Below the pieces are notes generated by a model. The model searched no databases, had not been told where the DNA came from, and saw nothing but the letters and a program-made list of their open reading frames with translations. Positions 56,504 to 64,000 of a DNA stretch of 64,000 nucleotides are shown here, in pieces. Source of the DNA: a phage; the sequence record PZ445527.1; one strand, written 5' to 3'. How positions within the stretch are numbered: the first letter of the stretch is position 1; each line of letters opens with the position of its first letter. The position numbers and the translations under genes were made by a program.

Positions 56504-56564
56504 ATATTGGTAAGTTAGAGAAGAAACATTGAAGTTATACTTACTTACCAAGAGGAGATTAAAT

Positions 56565-59132
56565 TTGAAAATCGCAGTAGTTGATAAAGCTCTAAACAAC
56601 ACTCGTTATGATAAACATTTCCAGCTATACGGCGAGGAAGTTGATGTATTCCATATGTGTAATGAGAAGTTGTCCGGTCGTTTGCTCAAAAAGCATATTA
56701 CTATCGGGACTCCAGAAAACCCATTTGACCCGAATGATTATGATTTTGTTATACTGGTAGGTGCCGAACCTTTTCTGTACTTTGCAGGTAAGAAAGGTAT
56801 TGGTGATTATACCGGTAAACGTGTAGAGTATAATGGATATGCTAACTGGATTGCTAGTATCAGCCCAGCCCAGTTACACTTTAAACCTGAAATGAAACCA
56901 GTTTTTGATGCAACAGTAGAGAATATCCACGATATTATCAATGGTCGTGAGAAGATTGCAAAAGCTGGTGATTACCGTCCTATTACTGGTCCTGACGAGG
57001 CAGAAGAATATATCAAGATGGTATATAATATGGTTATCGGACCTGTCGCATTCGACTCCGAAACCTCAGCACTATACTGTCGAGATGGTTATCTGCTTGG
57101 TGTTTCTATATCTCACCAAGAGTATCAGGGTGTATATATTGATTCTGATTGTCTCACAGAGGTTGCAGTATATTATCTCCAGAAAATTCTGGATAGTGAA
57201 AACCACACTATTGTTTTTCACAACTTGAAGTTTGATATGCACTTTTATAAGTACCACCTGGGACTTACTTTTGATAAAGCACATAAAGAACGCAGGCTCC
57301 ATGATACCATGTTGCAGCACTATGTTCTAGATGAACGTCGTGGTACTCATGGCTTGAAATCTCTAGCAATGAAGTATACCGATATGGGTGACTATGACTT
57401 CGAACTAGATAAGTTCAAAGATGATTACTGCAAAGCACATAAAATCAAGAAAGAAGATTTCACCTATGATTTAATTCCGTTTGATATTATGTGGCCTTAC
57501 GCTGCGAAAGATACAGATGCCACCATACGTTTGCACAACTTCTTCTTACCAAAGATTGAGAAGAATGAAAAACTTTGCAGTCTGTATTACGATGTTTTGA
57601 TGCCTGGTTGCGTATTCTTGCAGCGTGTTGAAGATCGTGGTGTACCTATTTCTATCGATCGTTTAAAAGAAGCTCAGTATCAGTTAACCCATAATCTGAA
57701 TAAAGCCCGTGAGAAACTGTACACTTATCCGGAAGTTAAACAGCTAGAACAAGATCAGAATGAAGCGTTTAACCCGAACTCTGTTAAGCAACTTCGTGTT
57801 CTTCTGTTCGATTATGTTGGTTTGACTCCAACTGGTAAGTTAACAGATACTGGGGCAGATTCTACGGATGCAGAAGCTCTGAATGAACTGGCTACGCAGC
57901 ATCCAATTGCTAAAACTCTACTAGAGATTCGTAAGCTGACTAAGCTGATCTCTACTTATGTTGAGAAGATTCTACTGAGTATTGATGCAGATGGTTGCAT
58001 TCGTACTGGTTTCCATGAACATATGACTACTTCTGGTCGTCTGAGTTCTTCTGGTAAACTGAACCTGCAACAGTTGCCCCGCGATGAATCTATTATCAAG
58101 GGTTGTGTAGTAGCTCCTCCAGGATATCGTGTAATCGCATGGGACTTAACAACTGCGGAAGTTTATTATGCTGCTGTTCTATCTGGGGATAGAAATATGC
58201 AACAGGTATTTATCAACATGAGAAATGAACCTGATAAATACCCAGACTTCCACTCTAACATCGCACACATGGTATTTAAGCTCCAATGCGAACCTCGTGA
58301 TGTTAAAAAGTTATTTCCAGCTCTGCGTCAAGCAGCTAAAGCAATCACCTTTGGTATTCTGTATGGTTCTGGCCCAGCTAAAGTAGCTCATTCTGTTAAC
58401 GAAGCTCTTCTGGAGCAGGCTGCTAAGACAGGCGAACCGTTTGTAGAGTGTACTGTTGCAGATGCTAAAGAGTACATTGAAACTTACTTCGGTCAGTTCC
58501 CGCAGCTTAAGCGTTGGATTGATAAGTGCCACGATCAGATAAAGAATCATGGATTTATCTACAGTCACTTTGGTCGTAAACGTCGTCTGCATAATATCCA
58601 CTCCGAAGACCGTGGTGTTCAGGGTGAAGAAATCCGTTCTGGATTTAACGCAATCATTCAGTCTGCTTCTTCTGATAGTCTCCTTTTAGGTGCTGTAGAT
58701 GCAGATAATGAGATCATTTCTCTTGGCCTAGAACAAGAGATGAAGATTGTTATGCTGGTTCATGACTCCGTAGTTGCTATTGTTCGTGAAGACTTGATCG
58801 ACCAATACAATGAAATCCTGATTCGTAATATTCAGAAAGACCGTGGTATCAGTATTCCTGGCTGTCCGATTGGTATTGATTCAGATTCTGAAGCTGGAGG
58901 TTCTCGTGACTACTCTTGTGGTAAGATGAAGAAACAGCACCCATCAATCGCTTGTATTGATGATGATGAATATACTCGTTATGTCAAGGGTGTATTACTT
59001 GATGCAGAGTTCGAGTATAAGAAACTAGCTGCAATGGATAAAGAGCATCCAGATCATAGCAAGTACAAGGATGATAAGTTTATTGCTGTATGTAAAGATT
59101 TGGATAACGTGAAAAGGATTCTCGGTGCTTAA
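56565..59132 (+). CDS. DNA polymerase, family A with 3'-5' exonuclease (855 aa, TTG start)
   Basis: AGGAG plus 7 nt plus TTG gives MKIAVVDKALNNTRYDKHF, recognised as the T5 polymerase N-terminus with 855 aa. Exo motif FDSET and Pol A motifs are present. Confidence 0.92.
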   Translation: MKIAVVDKALNNTRYDKHFQLYGEEVDVFHMCNEKLSGRLLKKHITIGTPENPFDPNDYDFVILVGAEPFLYFAGKKGIGDYTGKRVEYNGYANWIASISPAQLHFKPEMKPVFDATVENIHDIINGREKIAKAGDYRPITGPDEAEEYIKMVYNMVIGPVAFDSETSALYCRDGYLLGVSISHQEYQGVYIDSDCLTEVAVYYLQKILDSENHTIVFHNLKFDMHFYKYHLGLTFDKAHKERRLHDTMLQHYVLDERRGTHGLKSLAMKYTDMGDYDFELDKFKDDYCKAHKIKKEDFTYDLIPFDIMWPYAAKDTDATIRLHNFFLPKIEKNEKLCSLYYDVLMPGCVFLQRVEDRGVPISIDRLKEAQYQLTHNLNKAREKLYTYPEVKQLEQDQNEAFNPNSVKQLRVLLFDYVGLTPTGKLTDTGADSTDAEALNELATQHPIAKTLLEIRKLTKLISTYVEKILLSIDADGCIRTGFHEHMTTSGRLSSSGKLNLQQLPRDESIIKGCVVAPPGYRVIAWDLTTAEVYYAAVLSGDRNMQQVFINMRNEPDKYPDFHSNIAHMVFKLQCEPRDVKKLFPALRQAAKAITFGILYGSGPAKVAHSVNEALLEQAAKTGEPFVECTVADAKEYIETYFGQFPQLKRWIDKCHDQIKNHGFIYSHFGRKRRLHNIHSEDRGVQGEEIRSGFNAIIQSASSDSLLLGAVDADNEIISLGLEQEMKIVMLVHDSVVAIVREDLIDQYNEILIRNIQKDRGISIPGCPIGIDSDSEAGGSRDYSCGKMKKQHPSIACIDDDEYTRYVKGVLLDAEFEYKKLAAMDKEHPDHSKYKDDKFIAVCKDLDNVKRILGA

Positions 59133-59622
59133 TTTCAAATTGCCCGTCTATGCGTTACGGGCATTTGTATCAATTGAGCAAGAAGGTGATTATTCCGTAA
59201 TTACAACAAGATATAATAAATATGTCCTAGATAACAGGAAGTTGCCTGGCACTTTTTCTCAACGTAGACTTATTCTATTTGAGAAACGGAAAGAATTACC
59301 ATACAAGCTCTATCCTATTAGAGGTAGAATATCAATGTTGTCTCAATTAGTTGGGTCAAAGCGTAACCAATTTATAGATTCTGATGGAAATCTTATTAAT
59401 TGGAAGAAAACTACGTTCTACGATGTTGTCACCTCTAAAGTTTTGCATTCAGCTAGAATTTATAATGGAAAATACCAATGCTATGTGGCTAAAGTCCCTT
59501 ATCCATTTGTATTATCCTATGTTCCAGCTTATATAAGCTATATTCTGGTAAATAATAGCCCTGTTATTTATCAAGTCCATCAAGAGGAGCCTGAAATTCC
59601 TAGACTTAGAATAAAATTATGA
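59125..59622 (+). CDS. hypothetical protein (165 aa, GTG start)
   Basis: GTG overlapping the polymerase stop, with AAGGA RBS. ATGA overlap to the helicase gene. Confidence 0.5.
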   Translation: MLNFKLPVYALRAFVSIEQEGDYSVITTRYNKYVLDNRKLPGTFSQRRLILFEKRKELPYKLYPIRGRISMLSQLVGSKRNQFIDSDGNLINWKKTTFYDVVTSKVLHSARIYNGKYQCYVAKVPYPFVLSYVPAYISYILVNNSPVIYQVHQEEPEIPRLRIKL

Positions 59623-60971
59623 AGGTTGTTATATCTAATAAAGCCTATTTCAAGCCCGATGATGAACTTTGGGATTATTGTAGTAAGCAAACCACTTATC
59701 ACATAGAGACAATGACTAGTAAATACCCTATTATGTATAAGAATAGTGGTGTTGTTGCCAAAGAGATTAAGTGGATTCCTATTACGCGTCTGGACTTATT
59801 AGATGCTAAAGGAATAAAATACGAATTAGTCGATAAACGCACATTAGCTCCGGTAGATATACCAAAACCGTCGTTTAAACTGCGTGAAGAAGATCAGCTT
59901 CCAATATACGAAGAATGCGATGATACCTGTATTATTAATGGTAAGCCTGGGTTTGGTAAAACTATCCTAGCACTTGCACTTGCGTATAAATTTAGTCAGA
60001 AAACTTTGGTAATCTGTACAAATACATCCATTCGTGAAATGTGGGCGGCAGAAGTTCGTAAATGGTTTGGGTTTGAACCAGGCATCATAGGTTCTGGAAA
60101 GTACAATATTGATCCACCCATTGTGGTTAGTAATATTCAAACAGTGAATAAACATGCGAATAATCTTTCTAAAGTATTCGGTACTGTTATAGTTGATGAA
60201 GTTCACCATTGTGTGGCTACAACTTTCACTAACTTCCTAGAAATATCATGTGCTCGCTATAAAATTGGACTATCCGGTACACTAAAACGAAAAGATGGTC
60301 TACAAGTTATGTTCAAAGATTTCTTTGGATATAAGATATTTAGCCCACCGGTTAATAATACTGTTGCACCTACAATCCATAGGTACTCCGTGCCTGTTGA
60401 GCTATCAGGAAACCAAAACGTACCGTGGGCATTACGTGCTAACGATGTGTATAACCATCCTGAATACCGAGAGACTATTATAAACCTAGCACATCTATAT
60501 GTGAATATGGGGCATAAAGTACTCATTGTAAGTGATAGAACAGAGTTAATCCAAACAGTACTAGAAGCACTATCTCAGCGAGGCGTCACAACCTATGAGA
60601 TTATTGGCGCAACCCCCCTTGATGATCGATTAAAAATTCAGGAAGATATAGCAAAAGGTGGCCCTTGTGTACTTGCAGCAGCTCAAAGTATCTTCTCTGA
60701 AGGTATTTCCCTTAATGAGCTATCTTGTTTAATAATGGGAAGCCTCATTAATAATGAATCTCTCATTGAACAGCTTGCAGGCCGTGTTCAACGTATTGTC
60801 GATGGTAAACTCGACCCTATTGTTGTAGATCTAATTATGAAAGGTGGCACTGGACTAAGACAGGCTTCTGGGCGTATGGCAGTATATCGTAACAACGGGT
60901 GGAAAACTATTACTATGACTCCGGAGAAAGCAGTTCAATTAGCTAAAATTGCATTTGGCAACAGCTTATAA
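59619..60971 (+). CDS. D10: SF2 DNA helicase, T5 D10 type (450 aa)
   Basis: Motif I GKPGFGKT, motif II VIVDEVHH and motif VI QLAGRVQR. Confidence 0.8.
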   Translation: MKVVISNKAYFKPDDELWDYCSKQTTYHIETMTSKYPIMYKNSGVVAKEIKWIPITRLDLLDAKGIKYELVDKRTLAPVDIPKPSFKLREEDQLPIYEECDDTCIINGKPGFGKTILALALAYKFSQKTLVICTNTSIREMWAAEVRKWFGFEPGIIGSGKYNIDPPIVVSNIQTVNKHANNLSKVFGTVIVDEVHHCVATTFTNFLEISCARYKIGLSGTLKRKDGLQVMFKDFFGYKIFSPPVNNTVAPTIHRYSVPVELSGNQNVPWALRANDVYNHPEYRETIINLAHLYVNMGHKVLIVSDRTELIQTVLEALSQRGVTTYEIIGATPLDDRLKIQEDIAKGGPCVLAAAQSIFSEGISLNELSCLIMGSLINNESLIEQLAGRVQRIVDGKLDPIVVDLIMKGGTGLRQASGRMAVYRNNGWKTITMTPEKAVQLAKIAFGNSL

Positions 60972-60983
60972 ATGATGTATAAT
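60955..60983 (+). promoter_or_regulatory. sigma70 promoter (TTGGCA-17-TATAAT) with an orphan leader
   Basis: Hexamers read directly. The conserved leader and GAGAGAGAAAG are followed only by the hairpin TTCGGA-12 nt-TCCGAA, with no ORF. Confidence 0.6.
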
Positions 60984-61054
60984 ATATACATAAATTTGAG
61001 AGAGAAAGTTTCGGATTGATAAGAAAGTCCGAAGCAGAAAAATAAAAATTTTAG

Positions 61055-61084
61055 TTGCTAAATTCTCTCGAAATCTAGTATAAT
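61055..61084 (+). promoter_or_regulatory. T5-type early promoter (TTGCTA-18-TATAAT)
   Basis: Hexamers read directly; leader ATATACATAAATTCGAGGAG. Confidence 0.7.
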
Positions 61085-61191
61085 ATATACATAAATTCGA
61101 GGAGAAAACAAAAATTAAATTCTTCGATTATGAAAAGCTATACTTACTAGCTAGAGGAAATTCCGACTTAATTATTAGGCTATTCAAAAGA

Positions 61192-61476
61192 ATGCTTACA
61201 GAGCCTGATGCTCACCAATTATTGGTCGGTTCCTCATTCATTTTGAATGAATCAACAATAGTTGATAATCCAAATAAATTGTCTAATAGACAACTGGCAG
61301 AATATCTAGGAATTTTAAGTCTACGAAATTATGCCGAATACAAGTTTACAAACGATCCTAGTTTGGACATACAATATGTTCCAGTATGGATACCACGTTT
61401 AGTAATCGACACTAACCCACTAATCGCAATTAACAAATCGAAATTAATCTTTAAAGAGGAAATAAAATATGGCTAA
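61192..61476 (+). CDS. hypothetical protein (94 aa from ATG; the frame is open upstream to an ATT at 61114)
   Basis: The track ORF starts at ATG 61192. The same frame is open from the GAGGAG RBS and contains only an ATT (61114) at RBS distance. Confidence 0.5.
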   Translation: MLTEPDAHQLLVGSSFILNESTIVDNPNKLSNRQLAEYLGILSLRNYAEYKFTNDPSLDIQYVPVWIPRLVIDTNPLIAINKSKLIFKEEIKYG

Positions 61477-62242
61477 GTCTTGGGGCGAAACTACTGGCGG
61501 TTCTAACGATAAAATCGAATTCCTGAAGTTCAACAACGGTATCACTCGTGTTCGTATCGTTTCTGGTGTTCTTCCACGTTATGTCTACTGGCTGACTAAT
61601 AAAGAAGGTAGCGTAGCTCCTTTTGAATGTCTCCGTTTTAACCGCGACAAAGAGAGCTTTGTTCGTGGTAAAGCTGATCCAGTTCATGAGATGGGCTTCT
61701 TTGAGAAAGAGCTGGATAAAGATGGTAATCGAGTTCCGCTGAAACCGAAGAAAAACTATATCGCTTTTGTTATCGACCGTTCTGATAACAAACTGAAAGT
61801 AATGGAAGTCAAAGCTACTATTCTGAAAGGCATCCAGTCTATCATGAAGCAGTTGAATCTGGCAACTCCGTTTGATATTGATATTTCTATCGAGAAAAAA
61901 GGCAAAGGTTTCGATACTGAGTATGATGTACAGCAGATTGCTGCTATGCAGTTCCAGATTAAGCTGCAAGATCCTAACAGTGCAGAGTCTAAGCAATATG
62001 CTGCGGATGTAGATCTGATCGGTGAAGCTATGTGTGATGAAGATGGCGACATCATTAAGTTCGAGAAAGTTCCTTCTCTGGAACAAACCTATCCGGTCCC
62101 TACCTATGAAGAGCAGAAAGAAGCAATTCAAGCCTTCATGGAAGGTCGTGAGAATAAAGATGATGATGCCAAATCTGGTAACAGCAATGCTGGTTCCCAG
62201 AAAGGTATTGACCAAGAAGCTGCAAGCGATCTGGATGACTAA
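61469..62242 (+). CDS. putative ssDNA-binding protein with an acidic C-terminal tail (257 aa), codon-optimised
   Basis: Position between the D10-type and D12-type genes, acidic tail ...EAASDLDD, strong codon bias. The 275-aa antisense ORF is a shadow. Confidence 0.55.
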   Translation: MAKSWGETTGGSNDKIEFLKFNNGITRVRIVSGVLPRYVYWLTNKEGSVAPFECLRFNRDKESFVRGKADPVHEMGFFEKELDKDGNRVPLKPKKNYIAFVIDRSDNKLKVMEVKATILKGIQSIMKQLNLATPFDIDISIEKKGKGFDTEYDVQQIAAMQFQIKLQDPNSAESKQYAADVDLIGEAMCDEDGDIIKFEKVPSLEQTYPVPTYEEQKEAIQAFMEGRENKDDDAKSGNSNAGSQKGIDQEAASDLDD

Positions 62243-62249
62243 TAAATAG

Positions 62250-62273
62250 AGGGGCTTCGGCCCCTTTCTTTTT
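62250..62273 (+). terminator. rho-independent terminator
   Basis: AGGGGC-TTCG-GCCCCT stem followed by TTCTTTTT. Confidence 0.85.
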
Positions 62274-62278
62274 AACAT

Positions 62279-63256
62279 ATGAGAATATTATTTAGTGCTG
62301 ATCATCATATTAAGCTGGGCCAAGATAAGATACCCAAAGAATGGCAGAAGCGTCGCTTCCTGATGCTAGGAGAACGGTTAAATGATATATTCCATAATCA
62401 TAACTGTGATCTTCATATTATTGGTGGTGATTTATTTGATCATTCCGACCCGTCGTCGGAAGAAGTAGAACTTCTAGAAAAATTTATGTCTAGGCTAGAT
62501 CATATAGGAATGGTATTTACAGGTAATCATGAATTAATAACTAAAACTATTTCATGTCTGTACCATTATGCGGGAGTTATTAATAAAGTAACTAGTGGGA
62601 AGTGGGAAGTAATTACCAAACCATATCGTTCCCTTGAATTTGATATTGTCCCATATGATGAGATTCATAAACCCAAGTGGAAACCTGCTGAATCAAAACT
62701 ATGTTTCACGCATGTTCGTGGTGAAATCCCTCCACATGTAAAACCAGAAATTGATCTAACTAAGTACAACTGTTATGATACTGTAATTGCTGGAGATTTA
62801 CATTCTTATACTAATAGCCAGACTATCGGATCTACTAGACTTCTCTACCCAGGGTCTCCATTAACTACATCGTTCCATAGAGAACGCACAAAAGGTACAA
62901 ATGGTTGCTTTATCATTGATACCGATACATTAAAAGTAGAATGGATTGAACTAGGTGATTTACCACAACTGATTCGTAAAACAATCGGAGCAGGTGAAGA
63001 AATGGAACCTAGTGATTATGATCGTGTAGTCTACGAAGTTACTGGTGACGTTGTTCAATTAAAGTCTATCAAAGACTCTGATTTATTAGATAAGAAGATT
63101 AACCATCGAGTTACTAAAGACGCTAAGTTAAATCTTGTTGATCTTGATATGTTGGGCGAACTTGAACTTTACTTCCGTGAAGTCGAGAAGCTATCTCAAG
63201 GCGACATTGATAGAATCTTGGCTAGAGCTGCGAAATATGTCAAAGATTACAATTAA
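62279..63256 (+). CDS. D12: SbcD/Mre11-like nuclease subunit (T5 D12 type, 325 aa)
   Basis: Metallophosphoesterase motifs SADHH, GGDLFD, TGNHE and GDLH. Confidence 0.75.
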   Translation: MRILFSADHHIKLGQDKIPKEWQKRRFLMLGERLNDIFHNHNCDLHIIGGDLFDHSDPSSEEVELLEKFMSRLDHIGMVFTGNHELITKTISCLYHYAGVINKVTSGKWEVITKPYRSLEFDIVPYDEIHKPKWKPAESKLCFTHVRGEIPPHVKPEIDLTKYNCYDTVIAGDLHSYTNSQTIGSTRLLYPGSPLTTSFHRERTKGTNGCFIIDTDTLKVEWIELGDLPQLIRKTIGAGEEMEPSDYDRVVYEVTGDVVQLKSIKDSDLLDKKINHRVTKDAKLNLVDLDMLGELELYFREVEKLSQGDIDRILARAAKYVKDYN

Positions 63257-64000
63257 GACACTAAAATTTAGTAACGTTATGTCTTACGGTAAGGACATCG
63301 TAATTCATTTCGATAAGAATCCAGTTACTCAACTAATTGGTGGCAATGGGCTAGGGAAATCCACCATCGCTACTGTTATCGAGGAATTGTTTTATAACAA
63401 GAACTCTCGAGGTATCAAGAAGGATGCTCTATTCTCTTGGAATGCCCCTAAGAAAGAATATGATATGCACGCTTATTTCTCGAAAGATGATGATGAGTAT
63501 GAATTGCATAAAGTAGTTAAATCAACTGCTAAGGTTACACTCATTAAGAATGGAGAAGATATTAGTGGGCATACGGCAACCCAAACATATAAGATGATTG
63601 AAGAAATTATGGGTGGTGACTTTCAAACGTTCACCAAACTGATTTATCAATCAGTGGGTTCCAACCTAGATTTTCTAAAAGCAACAGATGCAACACGTAA
63701 GGCTTTTCTTGTCAACTTGTTTAATCAAGAACAATACAAAGAAATGTCGGAAACTATTAAGGCTGACCGTAAAGAAATAGCAAATACCTTAAATAATTTG
63801 CAGGGCCAAATGGCTGTAATTACGAAAATCCTTAATGGAAAAAATAATCTAGGAACTTTGCAGGAACCTGTAGAAGTACCGGAGTTTGATGAAGAGCCAT
63901 TAGCACAAGAACTTACTGAATCGAAAATTAAGGCGGCATTAGCCAAGTCTCAAGAGGCTAATATTACTAAGTTGCGTAATTTGGACAAAGCTGTACAAGT
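63237..64000 (+). CDS. D13: SbcC/Rad50-like ATPase (T5 D13 type), 5' partial, runs off the window
   Basis: ATG 63237 overlaps the D12-type 3' end. P-loop GGNGLGKST. The frame is open to position 64000. Absent from the ORF track because it has no stop. Confidence 0.75.
   Translation, partial: MSKITIKTLKFSNVMSYGKDIVIHFDKNPVTQLIGGNGLGKSTIATVIEELFYNKNSRGIKKDALFSWNAPKKEYDMHAYFSKDDDEYELHKVVKSTAKVTLIKNGEDISGHTATQTYKMIEEIMGGDFQTFTKLIYQSVGSNLDFLKATDATRKAFLVNLFNQEQYKEMSETIKADRKEIANTLNNLQGQMAVITKILNGKNNLGTLQEPVEVPEFDEEPLAQELTESKIKAALAKSQEANITKLRNLDKAVQ

Noticed and set aside
61451-62278. 275-aa minus-strand ORF
   Set aside because: It is the antisense shadow of the strongly codon-biased SSB-like gene (61469..62242). 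It lies in a purely plus-strand arm and its sequence is hydrophobic with no resemblance to real proteins.
1-64000. CRISPR array, integrase/att site or transposase as an explanation of the many about 30-50 bp repeats
   Set aside because: The repeats are promoter-leader cassettes with variable spacing, each followed by a gene or an RNA. No repeat-spacer periodicity, recombinase or transposase ORF was seen.

Overview
The window reads as the early (replication, nucleotide metabolism, tRNA) region of a T5-like siphophage (Tequintavirus-type). The identification rests on recognisable T5 proteins: the 137-aa L-alanyl-D-glutamate endolysin, a 218-aa holin, dNMP kinase, an 855-aa family A DNA polymerase starting MKIAVVDKALNN, a D10-type helicase, a T5orf172-domain protein and a PC4-like protein.

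Organisation:
- Genes at 1-37.8 kb are on the minus strand and genes at 38.0-64 kb are on the plus strand. They diverge from an AT-rich promoter switch at about 37.8-38.1 kb.
- About 35 copies of the strong T5 early promoter (TTGCTx-17/18-TATAAT plus a conserved AT-rich leader and GAGAGG-type RBS) punctuate both arms.

Content of the minus arm:
- small membrane proteins, two phosphatases and a thioredoxin-like protein
- holin and endolysin, a ClpP-like protease, dnk and a candidate spanin pair
- a GrcA-like glycyl-radical protein
- a 14.6-22.6 kb tRNA module (about 16 credible tRNAs, aberrant tRNA-like genes and long structured non-coding spacers)
- Toprim and SPFH proteins, a SleB-like hydrolase, a DEDDh exonuclease and a NADAR protein
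- RNase H, thyA, frd, nrdB, nrdA and phoH

Content of the plus arm:
- nrdD, a Sir2-like protein and a frameshifted HAD gene
- a 929-aa helicase preceded by a 600-nt non-coding region
- a PC4-like protein and a split NAD-ligase
- a D5-like DNA-binding protein, a DnaB-like helicase, primase and DNA polymerase
- a D10 helicase, an SSB-like protein, and SbcD-like and SbcC-like (D12/D13) proteins

Most notable observations:
- a LAGLIDADG intein in the NrdA catalytic loop
- at least ten homing-endonuclease-type genes, one sitting in the gap of the split ligase
- glycyl-radical proteins with no activase in the window
- chimeric or oversized tRNA-like genes
- an in-frame ochre codon in one ORF and a G6 frameshift in another
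- a repeat-rich non-coding region that may be a replication origin

All calls come from manual reading and motif recognition. No searches were run.
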